IMG/VR virus record: IMGVR_UViG_3300025868_000009
Coordinates: 1-29,942 of that record
DNA from: a virus
Taxonomy: Duplodnaviria; Caudoviricetes
DNA: 29,942 nucleotides
Direction: 5' to 3' (one strand)
Position 1 is the stretch's first letter; every line of letters begins with the position of its first letter. Shown in pieces: positions 7,596-17,412 of the stretch. Below the pieces are notes generated by a model. The model saw nothing but the letters and a program-made list of their open reading frames with translations, was not told where the DNA came from and made no database searches. The position numbers and the translations under genes were made by a program.

Positions 7596-9368
7596 ATGTC
7601 TAATCTAAATGATGACTATGATAATCAAGTAGCTATAGCTGCTCCAACAGCAGGACTTGGGCAGACACAAGCCTTCCGTGATAAGCCTGTCAAGCTCCTA
7701 GATTCTGGCTCTGATATTGCAGCTGCTAATAGGATAAACACTGGAGCCAGACTGCGAGGCTCTAACACCATTGCTTCTATTGATAAGAATGGAAGAGTGG
7801 TAATTACCGGAGGTAGGGGCATAACCACAGGCTATGAGACTGGGGTAGAGGGTATTGCACCAGCAGGATTTACCTCCACCTCAAGACCCTCTGGTGAGCG
7901 TAGTAAACTCGCCTCCTCTATCCCTCCGACAGGTAGGGTTCAGCAAGATATAACAGGCATCGCAGCTCCCTCGGAACACTTCTTGTCTGAGATGAAGAGA
8001 ATCGACGACATCCAAGACCCTAAAGAGAAGTTCTTTGCAGTAGCTCAACTGCGAGGAGCCGCAGAGGAGACTATAGCTAAGTTCAGGGGACAGGCTGATA
8101 AACAAGCTAGCCTAGAATTCAAGGTCTCGGAGCTAGAGCAAGCTCTTAGGACAAATGAGGCAGCTGATAGGAATGACCCTAACTACTGGAAAGTAAAAGC
8201 AGACTCCAAGATAACCCAGAGTGTTCGTCAGCAATATGATGCTGCCCTAAGTGCATCTAGGGCCAGAGCTGATACTATCTACACCTCCAACCCAGAAGCT
8301 GCTAAACTCAGAGGAATTATTGACCCATTCCTAGAATACACGATGAAGAATCTCGCTCGACCGGAGACAAAGGCAGATGATAGAGAAGCCAAGGCTGAAG
8401 CCCTAGCAGCACAGTTCGGTACTGGCCATTTAGAGCTAGCTGGATTGATAGCCCCAGGAGCTGATCCTGTGCAAACTGCTGCTAGGGAATACAATAATCC
8501 ACAGTTCAGAGAAGCTGCTATGGCTATGAACACGCCTGAAGATCTAGTACCTCTAGCCCTTGGGCCTAAGAATGCCTATGCTAGGCAGGGGGTTATCCAC
8601 AAGCAGGCAGTCCTTCTAGGAGGAACAGAGGATAAAAACTCTTCTGAGTATAAGAGAGCCCACGCTCAAGCAGAGGGTGATTTCAGAGCTATGCAAGACT
8701 TAGTAAAGAACTCTACTAACTTTACTACTGCTATGGAAACCTATTATCCAGTGTCAGAAAAGCGGAACAAGATCCTCGCCGATTATACTACACTAGATAA
8801 AAGCAAGGTAAAAGAGCGGGAAGCGTTCCGCGCAACTATGGCTCCTATCCTCCTATCCAAAGCTAAGGAAGCTGACTTCCTAGGTAATGTAGCAGGATGG
8901 GGTAGCGACTCTGTGCTAGGAGACCCAACCCTTGCTATCTCCTCTGTGTATAAGAATGTACGAGTGAGAGCAGGAGCAGGTGCTCCAATATCTCTTACCG
9001 CTCTAGCAGCCGGTATCAGAGAACTCCCTGATAAAGGACAGCAAGCTAAAGCGAGGGATGAGCTACTACAGGTAGGGCGCGCCGCCTTGCAGAGACAAGC
9101 TTCTGGAGTCTATGGTAGATTTGGGGATGGCCTAGATCTAGAAACTGCCCTCAATACAGCCCTATCAGATACTATCCTATCCGACTTCTTTGGGAATATT
9201 GCAGGGAAGGCAGCTTTCGGTGGAGCTACTGGCCTAGCCATAGGTGCACTACCTACTCCTATAGCTCCTATAACAGCGCTCGGAGGGGCGGCTATAGGAA
9301 CAGGAGCTGGAGCTGTGGTAGGTACAGCAGAATCCATATACAATCTATTGAATAAGGAGAATCAATAA
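7596..9368 (+). CDS. Putative internal virion/ejection protein with C-terminal glycine-zipper membrane segment
   Basis: Ala-rich helical protein with no Cys; C-terminal GATGLAIGA..LGGAAIGTGAGAVVG. Confidence 0.65.
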   Translation: MSNLNDDYDNQVAIAAPTAGLGQTQAFRDKPVKLLDSGSDIAAANRINTGARLRGSNTIASIDKNGRVVITGGRGITTGYETGVEGIAPAGFTSTSRPSGERSKLASSIPPTGRVQQDITGIAAPSEHFLSEMKRIDDIQDPKEKFFAVAQLRGAAEETIAKFRGQADKQASLEFKVSELEQALRTNEAADRNDPNYWKVKADSKITQSVRQQYDAALSASRARADTIYTSNPEAAKLRGIIDPFLEYTMKNLARPETKADDREAKAEALAAQFGTGHLELAGLIAPGADPVQTAAREYNNPQFREAAMAMNTPEDLVPLALGPKNAYARQGVIHKQAVLLGGTEDKNSSEYKRAHAQAEGDFRAMQDLVKNSTNFTTAMETYYPVSEKRNKILADYTTLDKSKVKEREAFRATMAPILLSKAKEADFLGNVAGWGSDSVLGDPTLAISSVYKNVRVRAGAGAPISLTALAAGIRELPDKGQQAKARDELLQVGRAALQRQASGVYGRFGDGLDLETALNTALSDTILSDFFGNIAGKAAFGGATGLAIGALPTPIAPITALGGAAIGTGAGAVVGTAESIYNLLNKENQ

Positions 9369-12300
9369 TGGCCGAAGAGTACAAGTACGACTCCCCACTA
9401 GCCAAGTATGCCCTTCACGCAACGGCTGGTGCGGATGCTATGGGAGTGCTAGACACCTTAGGGCATGGAACCGTGGCTACTGTGGTAGACGCAGGTACAA
9501 CCCTATGGAACTCCCTTACTCCTCAGCGCCTCGAGGCCTCTACAGAGGATCTCCTATCTCGTATAGACTCTAATGCCCTGCAGGTATATAATGAGCACCC
9601 AGACGCAGTAAGACTGGCAAGCTTTGTAGCTGGTAGTGTAGGGCCAGTAGGCCTCGCCCTTAAGGGAATGAATGTGCTACGAGCAGGTTCCAAGACTGTC
9701 AGTTGGTTTTCTAAGGCAGGTACAGAGTCTCGCTTAGCTGAGGTAAAAGCTGCTTTCGCTGGTGGTGTGGGGAACACAGAGAGAGTAGCAGCTGCTCAAC
9801 GTATGGTCTATAAGGCTAAGGGATTGAATGTCCTTGCAGATAACGTAGCTGCTGAGGCTGCTATTATGGGGGCTATGTCCTCGCACCCCTACATGGAGGA
9901 TTACTACAAAGATCTAGGGACTAACTTTGCTATTAACATGGCTATTGGCAGTATAGTAGGCGGCATAGGTGGTATTGCCATTGCTAGGTCTGAGATTACT
10001 GGGGTTAAGAAAGGGATTGAGCAGGAGTTTACTTCCACTGCTAATGCCCTAGCCAAAGCAGTGGACCCCTCTACGCACGTAGGTGTACAACTACAACAAC
10101 ACATGCAGAATGTATCGCAGATAGAAGGAGCCTTAAGTGCAGCAGAATCTGCGGACTCCAAGTTTGTGCTTACCCAGTTTACTAAAGACCACCTAGCCAA
10201 TCTGAAGATTGTAGAAGAAGCTAATGCGGTGCGGGTACTGGAGGAGGTTGCTTCTGAGGATCTTCTAGCCCTAGATGCAGCTACTCAAGGCTCTATTAGG
10301 AAACTGCTGAGCGACCCTAAATTCTCTGGCTTCGATAAGCTCTCCTTCCTTCCTATCAAAGATACTGCTAATACCGTTGTTAAGGAACCTGGCACTATTC
10401 AGAAGCTCTTTGACTTTACTAAGAAGGTTGTCAGTAAGAAGGGAGTTGAGAGAACCGTAGCCAATGCTGGAGTATATTCCCCTGTGTGGAATGGCTTCAT
10501 TGGGAAGGAAGAAGCCTATAAGTATTCTACACTAGCTGACCTAGGAACTTCCGTTGAGTCCCTCGCAACCTCTGTTGATACGCGTGTAGGTTTCCTAGCA
10601 CGAGTGGATGCTGGGATGGAACATTCCGTAGGACACACAGCTGTAGTAGAAAAGGATTTCGCGCAGGCCTATTTGCGGATGAGCCAATTAGATATTCAGG
10701 ATGTAGTAGGTAAAACCTTAGCAGCATCTCCTGATGACCTAGCCTCTATGAAGGCTATGTACCTACGCGTGTCTGAATTCGCTAGAGCGGGTAATAGTAT
10801 AGATGCAGTGAAGACTGTACTCACTAAAGAAACTCCTAGTTACGAAGCTATCCAGCGTACCATCGCTCAAAGAGCTGGCTTCCCTAGAACCTACTTGGAT
10901 GACATAGCTAAAATTAACGAGACTAGGCTTCAGTATCAGGTATATGATGGCCATGGCAGGGGCAAGGTACTTGCAGAAGGGCTATCCAAGAATGCTCAAT
11001 CTCATATAGATAGCTGGATAAGTGGGGACACAGAACCCCTTCGTAAGGCAGGCATACAACTAGCCAATCCTAGTGTAATGGTAGGAGCCAAAATAGATGC
11101 TGTAGAGGCTCTACGGGAATTCCAGCACCACCCTCGCTCTAGGGCTCTTAGAAAGACTCTTTCTGGGATAGCAGATTCTGACGGCTTCGTACTTATGTAT
11201 AGAGGATTGGGGAATGACCCTAAAGGTCACTTTGGGATGGAGAGTTATACACTAGACCCTGGCAAAGCTGGAGCCTTCTCCCGAGGTAATCCTACAGGGC
11301 TGCGCATGTATAAAGTGCATGTGGACGAGGTCATTGGTATGGTAGAGGATATAGGGCCTAAAACTATGTCCAATATGGAGATTCTAGTAATGCGCTCCGC
11401 AACTAGGGAGAACGCAGTTATTCCTACACATGACCTATCCCATGCCCCATCTAAGTTCTTCTCTGATGTAGGGGAACTTATTGACACTGTAACCCACAGT
11501 GCTCCAAGTACTAGGACAGTATCCTTATCCGAGCTGGCAGATGCTATTTCGGAAACAACCCTATCTAAGGTCAAGGAGTATCAACTTCTGGGAATGGGCG
11601 TCGAGGAGATTTCCCTACGTACTGGCACTCCAGTAGATACAATCATGGATATTATCACCTCAGGTAAGACCCATGTGGATGTCTCAGAGCTTATTAAGTT
11701 CGGCTCCCAGCAGAGCATAATAGATGCAGCAGCAGTTACTAATCGTGCTCTGTTAGTAGGAACCAATATGAACAAGGTTCCTACGGCTAAACTCCAGGCC
11801 GCCTTGAATGCTTCTAGTTTCAAGAATCTAGGGCAGCAAATGGTAGAGCAGGACATCCTTACCTCCTCTTCTAAATTTGTGCGAGGAATAGGTGAGCAGC
11901 TCCTGAATACAGAAGCAAAGACTCAGCTTACGTGGATAGAGAAAGGAGTGGATGATTTACTAGGAACTGCTGTTGGTAGTACGCTATTCCGCAGTGCTAA
12001 CTCCGCTCTTGAGAAACTCGGCCCTGTAGGAGAGCTAATTACTGGCGTTGGTAAGCGTCTAGTAACAATTAAGAACCTGGCTAAGGAGCAGCTTACTACG
12101 CCCCTATCTCAGGCTATGTCCACGCTGACAAAGAATGATGCTTATATAATTGAATTCAACAATGCTATCAACATACAAGCTAAGGTTGTTGGAGCTAAAA
12201 TCTATAAGGCTGGGCAATTCTGGGAATTCAATGCAGGTAAGGCATCTATTGATAGTCTGGTTAGGGCTACGGATAAGGAATTCCTAGCCTATGCTCACTC

Positions 12301-14737
12301 TGTTGATAAGAGTGGTACAGAGATGTTGAGGGTACTTACAGGGGCTGGAGGTTCTGAGTTTAAGGTAGTAGTTCCTGAAGTGGACGCAGCTCTACGTCAA
12401 GTACAGAGTGCTGGGAGAGAGTTATATGCTATGAAGAATGTCTCTCATAAGGCATTAGGGAAAGGCAACCTAAGTGATATTGGCTTCTGGGTTCCGGCTA
12501 ATAACCCTCGCGGTAAGCAGATTGCCTACGCTTTTAATAGAAGGACAGGCGAGACTACCATGCTTATGGCAAGGACTCCTACTGAGCTGAACTCTTTCAT
12601 TGAGAGATTCAAAGGCTCCTTAGGAGAAGAAGGCAAGCATACTGATATTGTAACAAAGGCGCAGCAAGCTGACTTCAATAAGATTGCCGGCCGTCATGAT
12701 CCTATGTACATGGCAGTTGCAGACGCCGGCAAGCAGCACGGAGGCTCTTCTGCTCTAGCAGAGATTTCCACGACAGCAGATTCTTTAGCTGATATTATAC
12801 AAGGATACGACCACTATATCAACAGAGGCATAGATGATATAGCTAGAATCCAGTTGAATCCTATCATGAGTAAGCTGGATAATATGTCCTTGGTCGCTAA
12901 TGTTGGTTACTCAAAAGCTGCGCTAGGTGCTGTAGAGAAGGGAGCTACAAGGAAACAAGACCCAGGTAATGTCATTAAGAACATCCTAATGGGGCGCTCT
13001 AACCTAGAAGAGCATGAAGGGTGGAGTGCTATACAGTCTGGGGTACAGATGATAATGGATAGAAGCTTGAAGGCTGTAGCTGAGGTGATGGCTCCTGTTA
13101 TTGGTAAAGGAGCTAGGACTGAGGCTGATTGGGTCAAGGTTCAAGCTGAGCTAGAAGCTAGGGGAATAGTGCATCCTTTCCAAGTGTTCCTAAAAGGCGA
13201 GGAGCAGGCAGTCCCCGATGTAGCAAGACTGGAACAAGCTTACCTAGCTCAATCTCCACAGACTAAGACTTCCCTATCCCCTCGCGCCGTTGCTCTGTCT
13301 AATAGTTTGGCAGCAACAGTAGTTCTGCGCTTTGGAGAACTGGCTCAGCCTCTAGTGAACATGCTATCACTACCTATCCTTACTAGTGGGGCTATCAATA
13401 AGAAACTAGCTGCCTCTTATGCAGGAGCTACTCTGGATTCCTCAGCTAAGTTCTCTACAGCTGAGGCTATGATGGATGGTGTAGCTCTTATGCACTCACA
13501 GCATGGAAAGAAATGGGCTGCTCTTGCTGAGAAGGCTGCCCTATTCAAGGATGATTGGAGGACTGTTAATGGTATCTTCAAGGATATTCGTAACCTAGAA
13601 CCTGGGATGATGTCTAAGGTTGAGGATGCCCTAGACTCTAAGCTTGTTAATATGATGTCCAAGCCAGCAGACTGGTCAGAGCAAGTGGTACGTAGGACGG
13701 CCTTTTTTACCGCAGTAGGTATTGCAAAGAAAGCTTATCCCACCTTAGGGGAGGGCGGTGTTATGACCTTTGCTAGGAACTTCATGGATGAGGCTATTGG
13801 TAACTATGCAGCAGCTCAACGCCCAGCTATGTTCCAAGGTACTGTAGGTATGGCTATGGGCTTGTTCCAGACCTATATGCTTACTATGGCACAGCAGATA
13901 TATAGGCAAGTAGAGACGAGGAACTGGCAGGCTTTAGCAAAGATGATGCTTACACAGCAGACTATCTTCGGAACAGCCTCTCTCCCCGGCTTCCATCCTA
14001 TATCCGAGCTGATAGGCAGCCATTACTCTGATGATAACTATGACATCACATCCTCTACCTTCAGAGCCTTCGATGATAAGACCTCAGAGATGATACTATA
14101 TGGGTTACCTTCGCAGCTTGTGGGTATTACTACTAGGGGAGATATTCAACCGCGCGTTCCTCTAGCAGAAGGTGTATCTAGCCTGCTTCCCTCTATCAAT
14201 ATCCTTACGCAGAGCTTCGCTGCTATGGATAGAGTAGCCTCTGCTGCTTTCACTGTTAATGAGAATGCAGGGGTTGCTATGCTGGAAGCCCTATCGCTTC
14301 AGTCTATCAGTCGACCTATTGCTAGGCTGAGTGAGCTGGGCAGTGGCCATGCTATTACATCTACAGGGAAGCTCATATCTACGGCAGAAGATATCTATAC
14401 GCCAGCTGGGGTAATCTCTAGGGTCTTTGCCGCACGACCAATAGAGGAGATAAAAAACCGCGAGGCCTTGCACCTAGATTCCTTATATGGCTCCATTGAT
14501 AAGAAGAAAAGGGCTAAGATAGCAGCTCGCTTGAAGAGCCATCTGGCTAATGGTACTCTAGATCAGGAGGTGATAGAGAATCTAGCCTATGAGTATATGA
14601 GAACAGGGAGTCCTACTGGCTGGAGGAGTGCTGTGAATGAGGCTATAGGGCAGACTTCTAGGACTGGCTCTGCGAATGTACGGGAGCATCTCTCCAAGAA
14701 CTCCGCTCTTATGAGCATGATGGATGACCTAGACTAA
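9368..14737 (+). CDS. Large internal virion/ejection (polyvalent) protein with an embedded ADP-ribosyltransferase-like domain
   Basis: 1789 aa, Cys-free, last gene of the late operon. Early glycine-rich hydrophobic segment; YRG..ESYT..EILV motif set; C-terminal region (RRTAF..ARNF..GNY..RP..GLFQTY) typical of large ejection proteins. Confidence 0.75.
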   Translation: MAEEYKYDSPLAKYALHATAGADAMGVLDTLGHGTVATVVDAGTTLWNSLTPQRLEASTEDLLSRIDSNALQVYNEHPDAVRLASFVAGSVGPVGLALKGMNVLRAGSKTVSWFSKAGTESRLAEVKAAFAGGVGNTERVAAAQRMVYKAKGLNVLADNVAAEAAIMGAMSSHPYMEDYYKDLGTNFAINMAIGSIVGGIGGIAIARSEITGVKKGIEQEFTSTANALAKAVDPSTHVGVQLQQHMQNVSQIEGALSAAESADSKFVLTQFTKDHLANLKIVEEANAVRVLEEVASEDLLALDAATQGSIRKLLSDPKFSGFDKLSFLPIKDTANTVVKEPGTIQKLFDFTKKVVSKKGVERTVANAGVYSPVWNGFIGKEEAYKYSTLADLGTSVESLATSVDTRVGFLARVDAGMEHSVGHTAVVEKDFAQAYLRMSQLDIQDVVGKTLAASPDDLASMKAMYLRVSEFARAGNSIDAVKTVLTKETPSYEAIQRTIAQRAGFPRTYLDDIAKINETRLQYQVYDGHGRGKVLAEGLSKNAQSHIDSWISGDTEPLRKAGIQLANPSVMVGAKIDAVEALREFQHHPRSRALRKTLSGIADSDGFVLMYRGLGNDPKGHFGMESYTLDPGKAGAFSRGNPTGLRMYKVHVDEVIGMVEDIGPKTMSNMEILVMRSATRENAVIPTHDLSHAPSKFFSDVGELIDTVTHSAPSTRTVSLSELADAISETTLSKVKEYQLLGMGVEEISLRTGTPVDTIMDIITSGKTHVDVSELIKFGSQQSIIDAAAVTNRALLVGTNMNKVPTAKLQAALNASSFKNLGQQMVEQDILTSSSKFVRGIGEQLLNTEAKTQLTWIEKGVDDLLGTAVGSTLFRSANSALEKLGPVGELITGVGKRLVTIKNLAKEQLTTPLSQAMSTLTKNDAYIIEFNNAINIQAKVVGAKIYKAGQFWEFNAGKASIDSLVRATDKEFLAYAHSVDKSGTEMLRVLTGAGGSEFKVVVPEVDAALRQVQSAGRELYAMKNVSHKALGKGNLSDIGFWVPANNPRGKQIAYAFNRRTGETTMLMARTPTELNSFIERFKGSLGEEGKHTDIVTKAQQADFNKIAGRHDPMYMAVADAGKQHGGSSALAEISTTADSLADIIQGYDHYINRGIDDIARIQLNPIMSKLDNMSLVANVGYSKAALGAVEKGATRKQDPGNVIKNILMGRSNLEEHEGWSAIQSGVQMIMDRSLKAVAEVMAPVIGKGARTEADWVKVQAELEARGIVHPFQVFLKGEEQAVPDVARLEQAYLAQSPQTKTSLSPRAVALSNSLAATVVLRFGELAQPLVNMLSLPILTSGAINKKLAASYAGATLDSSAKFSTAEAMMDGVALMHSQHGKKWAALAEKAALFKDDWRTVNGIFKDIRNLEPGMMSKVEDALDSKLVNMMSKPADWSEQVVRRTAFFTAVGIAKKAYPTLGEGGVMTFARNFMDEAIGNYAAAQRPAMFQGTVGMAMGLFQTYMLTMAQQIYRQVETRNWQALAKMMLTQQTIFGTASLPGFHPISELIGSHYSDDNYDITSSTFRAFDDKTSEMILYGLPSQLVGITTRGDIQPRVPLAEGVSSLLPSINILTQSFAAMDRVASAAFTVNENAGVAMLEALSLQSISRPIARLSELGSGHAITSTGKLISTAEDIYTPAGVISRVFAARPIEEIKNREALHLDSLYGSIDKKKRAKIAARLKSHLANGTLDQEVIENLAYEYMRTGSPTGWRSAVNEAIGQTSRTGSANVREHLSKNSALMSMMDDLD

Positions 14738-14760
14738 GGTAGTTGAATAGAAAGCAAGAC

Positions 14761-14801
14761 AAAAGAATGCCCCACCTTGTGAAAGAGTGGGGCTTTTCTT
14801 T
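14761..14801. terminator. Bidirectional Rho-independent terminator between the convergent arms
   Basis: AAAAGAAT-GCCCCAC-CTTGTGAAAGA-GTGGGGC-TTTTCTTT: a GC-rich stem with A-rich and T-rich flanks. Confidence 0.85.
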
Positions 14802-15294
14802 AGTCGCTTACTAGGAACCAATCGTTCTCCAGTAAGTCAGCCTGCGAGGCTACCCAAGGAACTATCTGGCCACCTGATGTTCTAATATCAATGTGCGACA
14901 TGTAGTTGATAGTAGTACCTTCGGGATAGATGCCTAGAAGTGGAGGCCTGCTGACTTGGAATCGGCTACCCTTGACTAGGAGTAGGAACATCCCTGCTCC
15001 ATTCCACCCTACCCTAGCAACCCTATGTCCTACCTTCAGGGCCTCCAGAGCGAAGCCGAAGGTCAGGTTGCTGACTGGGTAATAGGATTGCTCGAAGACA
15101 TCCGCAGGACTCCAGCTTACATAGCCCTCGTACTCTGGGGTATTCGGCTTATTGCTACTTTCTGTATATTCTACCAAGTATCCTGTATCCTCCCCGCTCT
15201 CATTCTCTGGTAGTTGCCAGCCTCGGAACTCATTATACGCCGCACGAGTCATCGGGATTGCATTCACTACCTTAGTTCCTATGTATTGGTTCAT
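14800..15294 (-). CDS. DUF2829 / Tad2-like nucleotide-signal sponge domain fused to an N-terminal YIGTK...SWSP module
   Basis: TFGFALEALKVGHRVARVGWNGAGMF and VPWVASQADLLENDW are DUF2829 motifs. Start moved to ATG 15294 (AGGAG RBS). Confidence 0.8.
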   Translation of the reverse strand: MNQYIGTKVVNAIPMTRAAYNEFRGWQLPENESGEDTGYLVEYTESSNKPNTPEYEGYVSWSPADVFEQSYYPVSNLTFGFALEALKVGHRVARVGWNGAGMFLLLVKGSRFQVSRPPLLGIYPEGTTINYMSHIDIRTSGGQIVPWVASQADLLENDWFLVSD

Positions 15295-15321
15295 TTCACT
15301 TCTCCTTATATTATACTGCAA

Positions 15322-15876
15322 TTAGTAACCACCTACGAACATATCCTTTTGTTTCGGTTCTCGTAGAATCTTCAGCATGTGGTGAGCCTGATGAAGCGCA
15401 TCGGATAGTGCGGTATGCTTAATCCCTACGAATTCATCAGGTTTGATTCCTTTGTTCTGTGGTAGGTTCTTCAGTGTCCTGTAGCATCTACCATTAAAGG
15501 GTTTCCACGGCTGCATCATTCCTACCCGTTCATATACTGCTTGTAGGATAGGAAGGTCGAAGTCTGCTCCATTGCCCCATACATAAGCCTCCCCAAGTTT
15601 TAGCTCCACTTTCCGCATCCAATCACTAAATGCACCTAGTGCTTCTATTACTGAGGTATGCCCTGAGAAAGCTTCCTCTCTCGCTGCTTGGGACTGCCTA
15701 CCCCACCAAGATATAGTACCAGGAGAATCGACGAGGCCTATCCTTAGAGCATCTTGATGCGAGATAGTCTGGTAGAACTGCTCCTTCCCATCTAGGGTAC
15801 ATGCCCCAATAGCTAGTACACAACATCCGGCCGAGGTTCCTGTTGTCTCTAGGTCAATCATTATATCTGTGCTCAT
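15322..15876 (-). CDS. DEDDh 3'-5' exonuclease (Rv2179c/DUF5051-like)
   Basis: IMIDLETTG, WGNGADFDLPIL, HTALSDA motifs. Confidence 0.9.
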   Translation of the reverse strand: MSTDIMIDLETTGTSAGCCVLAIGACTLDGKEQFYQTISHQDALRIGLVDSPGTISWWGRQSQAAREEAFSGHTSVIEALGAFSDWMRKVELKLGEAYVWGNGADFDLPILQAVYERVGMMQPWKPFNGRCYRTLKNLPQNKGIKPDEFVGIKHTALSDALHQAHHMLKILREPKQKDMFVGGY

Positions 15877-15905
15877 AATTTCTATTCTCCTTCCCTTAAG
15901 TTAGT

Positions 15906-16169
15906 CTATCTACTCACTGATGTAACATGGCTCAGCCCGAATACATCTCTGTACAGGGCCTCCCATTTCTCTGGCGATATAGCAACTTCACTCATAGCCA
16001 TAGAACCTGCAAGGGTTCCTAATACCCATATCTCCTGCATATCTGATATAGAGTTATAACGAACACCTGAGAACTCAATCTTCTTTAGTTCAGGGGAAGT
16101 CTGGAAGTCTGTGTGGTTAGGCCTCTTAAACTCCTCGCTCTTACTTATACTTGATATAATATTTGCCAT
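15906..16169 (-). CDS. Hypothetical protein
   Basis: Tightly packed 87-aa ORF in the operon with GAAAGGA upstream. Confidence 0.65.
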   Translation of the reverse strand: MANIISSISKSEEFKRPNHTDFQTSPELKKIEFSGVRYNSISDMQEIWVLGTLAGSMAMSEVAISPEKWEALYRDVFGLSHVTSVSR

Positions 16170-16170
16170 G

Positions 16171-17409
16171 TTAGAATGTCCTTTCTTCTGGGGTTAGATA
16201 CTCTGGAAGAAGCAAAGCCTCGTCCCACTTCTTCTGCTCTCGATGCAATGGCATATAGCCTTGCTTATTCTTTACAGTTATTACCTGCACCTTATCTGAG
16301 GTCATTAAGTTCTTCATAATGATACCCAGCTCTTTGACATCGGATAAGTCTTTGGCTACTATCTTCCACAAGTCCGAATGACTCATAGGACTGTGCGCCT
16401 TTGTAAGCACGTCGATGATAGAGTTAGCTACATCACTGTATTTGCTTTTACCAAATTCTCCTAAAGCTTTCGGCATTCCAAGCTCTGCTGCGTGTAAGAC
16501 TGTGTTGGCCTTCAATGCGTCCCCTGCTGTGAGTGAGGTTCTGTGTTCAGATAGGGCTGTGAGTATTGTCAGTTTTAGTAGGTGTATAAATCGACGAGCG
16601 GAGTAGTCTGAGAATCTATTGTCCTCTACCCCAGGGTCTGTCTTGTACATTCTATCTAGCATTGCGTCAGCGCCTGCTGTGCGTGTGATTGCTCCTTTGA
16701 GGTCAGTTCTTATTTTCTGTAGGGTATCTACTATTTGATCGGCGGCGTCTTCTTTTACAGGGGCTGGAAAGGTTATCTTGTGTTCTGTCATATCTGCGTG
16801 AATCATCAGGAGCCTAGAAAGAATGCCTGTGCCTAAGGCCTCTGGGGGAATGGCCATGCCTAGGCCTTTGACTGTTGCACCTCCTAGTATGTTAATGGTA
16901 GGCTTGTCAATTACTACACTCTTTCCATGCAGCTTAGGGTGTTCGTACTTATCAAGGTTATCCCATAGGTTTGTAAGGGCTGTGAGAAAATCCATATTCC
17001 CTTGCCCTATAAAGTCTAGGAACTCTCCATTAGCTACCAATACTTCGGAGGGAGCATCAAGGACTAAAGTTTCTAAATCCATTAGGGCTTCTAAATCCAT
17101 TCCGTCGAAGTCTGTCCTTCTAGCCATGTCCATGAAAAATCTCTCTTTAGATGTCCTATCCTTTGCAAAGGTTTTATACCCAGCTTTCTCTAATACAGTC
17201 CTAGCTATGCCAATAGCACTGGACTTCCTAGTACCAGGCGCTCCTAGCAGTAACGTGTACTGATTAGGGAAGATAGGCTTATGCCCAAAGGGTAGGAACA
17301 CCTCCCTGCCTATCATGGATGAGATTGTAGATAAGGCACACCATCTGTGGAATATCATGGGAGCTTCAGAGTCCCCTACGTATTTGAAGTACTCGGAGAA
17401 ATAGTCCAT
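16171..17409 (-). CDS. DUF3987-type P-loop NTPase (putative replicative helicase) with C-terminal winged helix
   Basis: EAPMIFHRW N-terminal motif, Walker A-like GAPGTRKS, GILSR arginine-finger-like motif; lies next to the DNA polymerase. Confidence 0.75.
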   Translation of the reverse strand: MDYFSEYFKYVGDSEAPMIFHRWCALSTISSMIGREVFLPFGHKPIFPNQYTLLLGAPGTRKSSAIGIARTVLEKAGYKTFAKDRTSKERFFMDMARRTDFDGMDLEALMDLETLVLDAPSEVLVANGEFLDFIGQGNMDFLTALTNLWDNLDKYEHPKLHGKSVVIDKPTINILGGATVKGLGMAIPPEALGTGILSRLLMIHADMTEHKITFPAPVKEDAADQIVDTLQKIRTDLKGAITRTAGADAMLDRMYKTDPGVEDNRFSDYSARRFIHLLKLTILTALSEHRTSLTAGDALKANTVLHAAELGMPKALGEFGKSKYSDVANSIIDVLTKAHSPMSHSDLWKIVAKDLSDVKELGIIMKNLMTSDKVQVITVKNKQGYMPLHREQKKWDEALLLPEYLTPEERTF

Positions 17410-17412
17410 GCC

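Noticed and set aside
192-14473. Numerous 60-143 aa ORFs antisense to or nested in the late genes
   Set aside because: They lie within long, motif-supported genes and show no recognisable motifs of their own.
9368-14737. 1789-aa protein as a virion RNA polymerase or tape measure protein
   Set aside because: No T7/N4-type polymerase motifs or tape-measure periodicity seen. Context fits a podovirus ejection protein.
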